Assembly (NCBI GenBank): GCA_963754315.1
Contig: CAVWFS010000019.1
Coordinates: 480,001-544,000, forward strand
Direction of reading: 5' to 3'
Length of the DNA: 64,000 bases
DNA from: an uncultured Candidatus Rokubacteria bacterium
GTDB lineage: Bacteria; Methylomirabilota; Methylomirabilia; Rokubacteriales; CSP1-6
Below are positions 60,068 through 64,000 of this stretch, piece by piece. The position numbers and the translations under genes were made by a program. Position 1 is the stretch's first letter, and each line of letters opens with the position of its first letter. The notes beneath the pieces are model-generated. The model was not told the origin of the DNA. It did not search any database and was given only the letters and a program-made list of their open reading frames with translations.

Positions 60068-60194
60068 CGTCTTGCACCTCCTCGTTGTCGTCCCGCGATG
60101 CTAGCACGCGCTGGTGTTCCTCGGCGAAGCGGGCTAGACTGCCGCCCGCGATCCTCGGGACGAGGTGACGCCGAGGTACTCGCCGAGGCAGCGC

Positions 60195-61016
60195 ATGAAG
60201 CTCAAGGACCGCATCGCCTTGATCACCGGCGCCGGTTCCGGCATCGGCCGCGCCATCGCCCGGCGCTTCGCCGAGGAAGGTTGCCGGGTGATCGCCAACG
60301 ACGTGAATCTGGAGGCGGCACGCCAGACGGTGACAGAGCTAGGGGGAACTGTCCACCGTGCGCTCCAGGCCGACGTTGCCGACAGCGCACAGGTACGCGC
60401 CATGTTTGCCGAGGTCGAGCGAGAACTAGGCAGCCTCGATATCCTCGTGAACAACGCCGGCATCGCGGGCTCCGGGGAGAATCGCGACACTCTTCAAGCC
60501 AAGGGGGAGGCACGTCTACAGGAGATGCTCCGTGGCCAGACTATTCAAACGCACTGGGACATCACCGAGAGCATGACCGACGAGGCGTGGCACCGGATGA
60601 TCGGGGTTCACCTGAACGGAACGTTCTTCTGCACGCGCGAAGCGCTTCGTCTCATGAGCCAGCGCAACCGCGGCGTCATCGTCAACCTGTCGAGCGTGGC
60701 CGCCCTCGCGGGCCTCGATGCGGTGCCCCACTACAGCGCGGCCAAGGCGGGCATTCTGGGCTTCACGCGCGCGGTCGCCCGCGAGGTGGCCTCACGCGGG
60801 ATTCGCGTCAACGCCATCTGTCCGGGATTCATCGACACTCCCATGACCGAGCCGATGTCGCCCCTCATGCGGGCGGCCGCGCTGGCCCGCACGCCCCTCG
60901 GACGCTCGGGGGAACCATCCGAAGTCGCCGCCACTGCCCTCTTCCTGGCCTCCGACGAGAGCGCCTTCTACACCGGGCAGTGGTTGTCCCCGAATGGGGG
61001 CCTCTTCATTGGCTGA
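60195..61016 (+). CDS. Short-chain dehydrogenase/reductase (FabG-like)
   Basis: TGAGSGIG, NNAG, YSAAK. Confidence 0.92.
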   Translation: MKLKDRIALITGAGSGIGRAIARRFAEEGCRVIANDVNLEAARQTVTELGGTVHRALQADVADSAQVRAMFAEVERELGSLDILVNNAGIAGSGENRDTLQAKGEARLQEMLRGQTIQTHWDITESMTDEAWHRMIGVHLNGTFFCTREALRLMSQRNRGVIVNLSSVAALAGLDAVPHYSAAKAGILGFTRAVAREVASRGIRVNAICPGFIDTPMTEPMSPLMRAAALARTPLGRSGEPSEVAATALFLASDESAFYTGQWLSPNGGLFIG

Positions 61017-61788
61017 GACCGCCCTCCTCCGACACGCGCTCGGCGTGCGAGGAACACACGTCGAGATGATCACGGCCGGGTCGGGCGACCCACTCCTCTT
61101 CCTGCACGGAGCGGGCAGCGCCGGGCGCTGGTGGCCGTTTCACGAGTGGCTCGCGCGCGATTTCACCCTGCGGCTCCCGATTCATCCAGGACATGGCGGG
61201 ACGCCGGCTGCCGACTGGATCGAGCACATCTCCGATCTCGCGCTCCACTATCTTGATCTGCTCGACGAGCTCGGCCTCGAGCGCGTGCATCTGGTGGGCG
61301 CTTCTTTCGGAGGGTGGATCGCCGCCGAGATGGCCACGGTCGCGTCCCATCGTCTCTATTCCCTGGCGCTCATCGACCCAGTGGGCATCAAGGTGGACGG
61401 CTGGATCTATCCTTTTCTCTTCGGCATGGACATTCCGGAACTGGTGGCCACCCTCTTTCACGATCCGGCGGCCGCGATCGCCCTTGCGCCGAAGGATCAG
61501 AGTGTCGACACCCTGGCCGAGCTGTACCGGGAACGAACGGCCCTCGCGCGCGTGTCCTGGAACCCCTATCTCTACAACCCCCTGCTCCGACGCAGACTCG
61601 GGCGCATCCGGGCGCGCACCTTGCTGTGCTGGGGCGAGCATGACCGTCTGGCCCCTCTGGCCTGCGCCGCCACGTGGCAGTCGGAGATCCCCGGCGCCGA
61701 GCTGCGTCTCTTCAGCCGCTCAGGCCACCTCCCGCACCTGGAAGAGCCCGAGGCCACCGCCAGCGCCATCCTGGAGTTCTGTCGATAG
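61009..61788 (+). CDS. Alpha/beta hydrolase
   Basis: FLHGAG, GASFGG, SGHLPHLE; start uncertain (60994 or 61009). Confidence 0.88.
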   Translation: MAETALLRHALGVRGTHVEMITAGSGDPLLFLHGAGSAGRWWPFHEWLARDFTLRLPIHPGHGGTPAADWIEHISDLALHYLDLLDELGLERVHLVGASFGGWIAAEMATVASHRLYSLALIDPVGIKVDGWIYPFLFGMDIPELVATLFHDPAAAIALAPKDQSVDTLAELYRERTALARVSWNPYLYNPLLRRRLGRIRARTLLCWGEHDRLAPLACAATWQSEIPGAELRLFSRSGHLPHLEEPEATASAILEFCR

Positions 61789-61790
61789 AC

Positions 61791-62936
61791 ATGAAGTTCT
61801 ACTACTTTCACCTCATGCCGTACCCGATGGAGCACGACGAGCCGTCGTCGTGGGTGACCCTCTCCAACCGCCACTACGATCCCGTGGTGGGCCACACGCT
61901 CTACAATCAGTATCTGGACCAGCTCGAGTACGCGGAGCAGCTCGGATGGGACGGTCTGTGCGTCAACGAGCACCATCAGAACTGCTATGGCACCATGCCG
62001 AGCCCGAACGTGATGGCGGCCATGCTCGTGCGCCGCACCCATCGGGCCAAGATCGCTATCCTGGGCAACGGTCTTCCTCTTCGTGAGAATCCGCTGCGCA
62101 TCGCCGAGGAGATCGCCATGCTCGACGTGGCCTCCGGCGGGCGCGTCATCTCCGGCTTCGTGCGGGGCATCTCCCCGGAGTACTTCTCCACCGCTGTCAA
62201 CCCGACCCACTCGCGCGAGCGCTTCTACGAGGCGGCCGAGCTGATCCTGCGCGCCTGGACGGAAGAAGGCCCGTTCGCTTTCGACGGGCGCTTCTACCGT
62301 TACCCGTACGTCAACCCCTGGCCGCGTCCGCTCCAGAAGCCCCATCCGCCCGTGTGGTGTCCCTCTCAGGGGAGCAGCGAGACGGTCGAGTGGGCGGCCA
62401 AGCGACGCTTCCCGTACCTGATGGTGTTCACTCCGATCACCCGCATAGCCCAGATCTACGGCGAGTACAGGGAAGCGTGCGAGCGCTATGGCTACACCGC
62501 CAGCCCCTATCAGCTCACCGTCAACCTGCCGATCATCGTGGCCGAGAACGACACGAAGGCCCGTGAGCTCGCGCAGGCCCACGCGCTGTGGGTCTATCAC
62601 GTGGGGCTCAGGGTTGCCGCCCCCTTCTGGCGGCCGCCCGGCTATCTCTCCGAGCCGTCGCTGCGGCGGGTGCTCGACAACCCCGCCAAGCTCCCCACCG
62701 AGTTGACATTCGAGGATCTCGAGGCGGGCGGGTACATAATCTGTGGGAGCCCGGCCACCGTGCGAGACAAGCTGAAGGTGTTCGCGGAGGAGCTGCGGGC
62801 CGGCATCGTCTGCTCGGGGTTGAACGGAGGAACGCACGAGCGGACTCTCGAGATGATGCAGCTCTTTGCAGAGGAAGTCATGCCGCATTTCCGCGACGAC
62901 GCCCGTGTTGACGAAACGGCGGGCGTCGGTCGATAA
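61791..62936 (+). CDS. LLM-class flavin-dependent oxidoreductase
   Basis: NEHHQ, PLRIAEEIAMLD..SGGR, PRPLQKPHPPVW. Confidence 0.92.
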   Translation: MKFYYFHLMPYPMEHDEPSSWVTLSNRHYDPVVGHTLYNQYLDQLEYAEQLGWDGLCVNEHHQNCYGTMPSPNVMAAMLVRRTHRAKIAILGNGLPLRENPLRIAEEIAMLDVASGGRVISGFVRGISPEYFSTAVNPTHSRERFYEAAELILRAWTEEGPFAFDGRFYRYPYVNPWPRPLQKPHPPVWCPSQGSSETVEWAAKRRFPYLMVFTPITRIAQIYGEYREACERYGYTASPYQLTVNLPIIVAENDTKARELAQAHALWVYHVGLRVAAPFWRPPGYLSEPSLRRVLDNPAKLPTELTFEDLEAGGYIICGSPATVRDKLKVFAEELRAGIVCSGLNGGTHERTLEMMQLFAEEVMPHFRDDARVDETAGVGR

Positions 62937-62954
62937 CGAAAGGAAGGATGCTCT

Positions 62955-64000
62955 ATGGCGCTCGTTGGCGCGGAGGTCAAGCGCAAGGAAGATCCCCGGT
63001 TGATCACCGGGACCTCGATCTACGTCTCGGACATCGGCATGCCCGGCCTCCACTACGTGGCCTTCGTGCGTAGTCCCCATGCCCACGCGCGCATCCGGAG
63101 CATCGATACCGCGGCCGCCGCCCGCCGGCAGGGGGTGCGCATGATCCTCACCGGTCGCGACCTCCGCGGACAGTGCGCTCCAGTGCCCCCGGGAACCGGC
63201 GGCGGCGAGGGTGGCGGGAGCGCCAATCCCGACAACATCGGACGTCAGCACTATCCGCTCTCGCTGGATCGCGTGCGTCACGTGGGCGAGGCGGTGGCGG
63301 CCGTGGTCGCAGTCTCGGAAGCCGTGGCCGTCGATGCGGCAGCCGATGTGGTGGTGGACTGGGAACCCCTGCCCGCCGTCGCCGATGCCTTCGAGGCCAT
63401 GGCCCCGGGCGCGCCTTTGCTCTTCGACGACGCCAAGGGCAACATCGAGCACGTCAAGGAGGTCAAGGCGGGCGATCCCGACGCCGCGTTCGCACGCGCG
63501 CATCGGGTCGTGAAGCAGCGGATGGTCAGCCAGCGGCTAGCCGGCATCACGATGGAGCCTCGAGCGGCCCTGGCCGCCCCCGATCCTCTGACAAGCGGAA
63601 TCGTGGTGTGGGATACCCATCAGGCCCCCCATATGCTCCGGAACGACATCGCAGGTGCCCTCGGTCTGTCCCAGAGCATGGTGCGGGTCATCGCGCCCGA
63701 AGTGGGTGGCGGCTTCGGGGTCAAGTTCGGACTGTATCCGGAGGACGTCACCCTGGCCGTCATCGCTCATCGGCACCGCATCCCCGTACGGTGGACGGAG
63801 ACGCGCAACGAGCACATGACCTCGACCACCCACGGGCGGGCGCAGGTCACGGATCTGGAAGCGGCGGTGGAGAGGGACGGAACCATCACCGCGCTCCGCA
63901 TGCGCGTGACCGCCGACGTGGGGGCGTATCCGGTCTTCACCTTCATTCCGGAGCTGACGCTTTCCATGGGCATCGGCGTCTACCACGTGAAGAACATCGA
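62955..64000 (+). CDS. Xanthine dehydrogenase/CoxL-family molybdopterin subunit (partial, runs off window)
   Basis: Manual translation: MALVGAEVKRKEDPRLITG...VRSPHAHARI...MEPR...VGGGFGVK. Confidence 0.92.
   Translation, partial: MALVGAEVKRKEDPRLITGTSIYVSDIGMPGLHYVAFVRSPHAHARIRSIDTAAAARRQGVRMILTGRDLRGQCAPVPPGTGGGEGGGSANPDNIGRQHYPLSLDRVRHVGEAVAAVVAVSEAVAVDAAADVVVDWEPLPAVADAFEAMAPGAPLLFDDAKGNIEHVKEVKAGDPDAAFARAHRVVKQRMVSQRLAGITMEPRAALAAPDPLTSGIVVWDTHQAPHMLRNDIAGALGLSQSMVRVIAPEVGGGFGVKFGLYPEDVTLAVIAHRHRIPVRWTETRNEHMTSTTHGRAQVTDLEAAVERDGTITALRMRVTADVGAYPVFTFIPELTLSMGIGVYHVKNI

Noticed and set aside
1..64000. CRISPR array, tRNA, rRNA, integron attC array, prophage
   Set aside because: No regularly spaced repeats, RNA-gene signatures, integrase or phage structural genes were recognised by eye; dedicated tools were not run.
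62955..64000. Aerobic CO dehydrogenase (coxL)
   Set aside because: The diagnostic active-site loop lies beyond the window, so only a family-level call is possible.

Overview
GC-rich bacterial chromosomal window. The gene families are reminiscent of Candidatus Rokubacteria/Methylomirabilota (inference only). Metabolic content: hemE (partial), an acoXABC acetoin dehydrogenase cluster, IorAB-type and CoxL-type molybdoenzymes, two class III CoA-transferases, citrate synthase-aconitase-PrpF, an AfuABC/Fbp-type ABC transporter, and several SDRs and hydrolases. These are interleaved with at least six type II toxin-antitoxin modules, a nucleotidyltransferase pair, and two adenylate/guanylate cyclase genes broken by indels. 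The strongest signal is an IS1111-like IS110 element (19410-20985). Its ends, AT core, circle-junction promoter and a downstream bridge RNA with four guide segments can all be read from the sequence, and the guides match the 3' end (DMRFW codons) of a cyclase-TPR gene family that occurs three times in the window. Second, an uncharacterised gene (13014-13982) is followed by a stand-alone copy of its own N-terminal domain (12776-12988). Also seen: a tandem SBP duplication with a conserved promoter and leader, repeated gene-tail relics, and many apparently leaderless genes. Frameshifts cluster in multicopy families and may be assembly errors. No rRNA, tRNA or CRISPR array was recognised.
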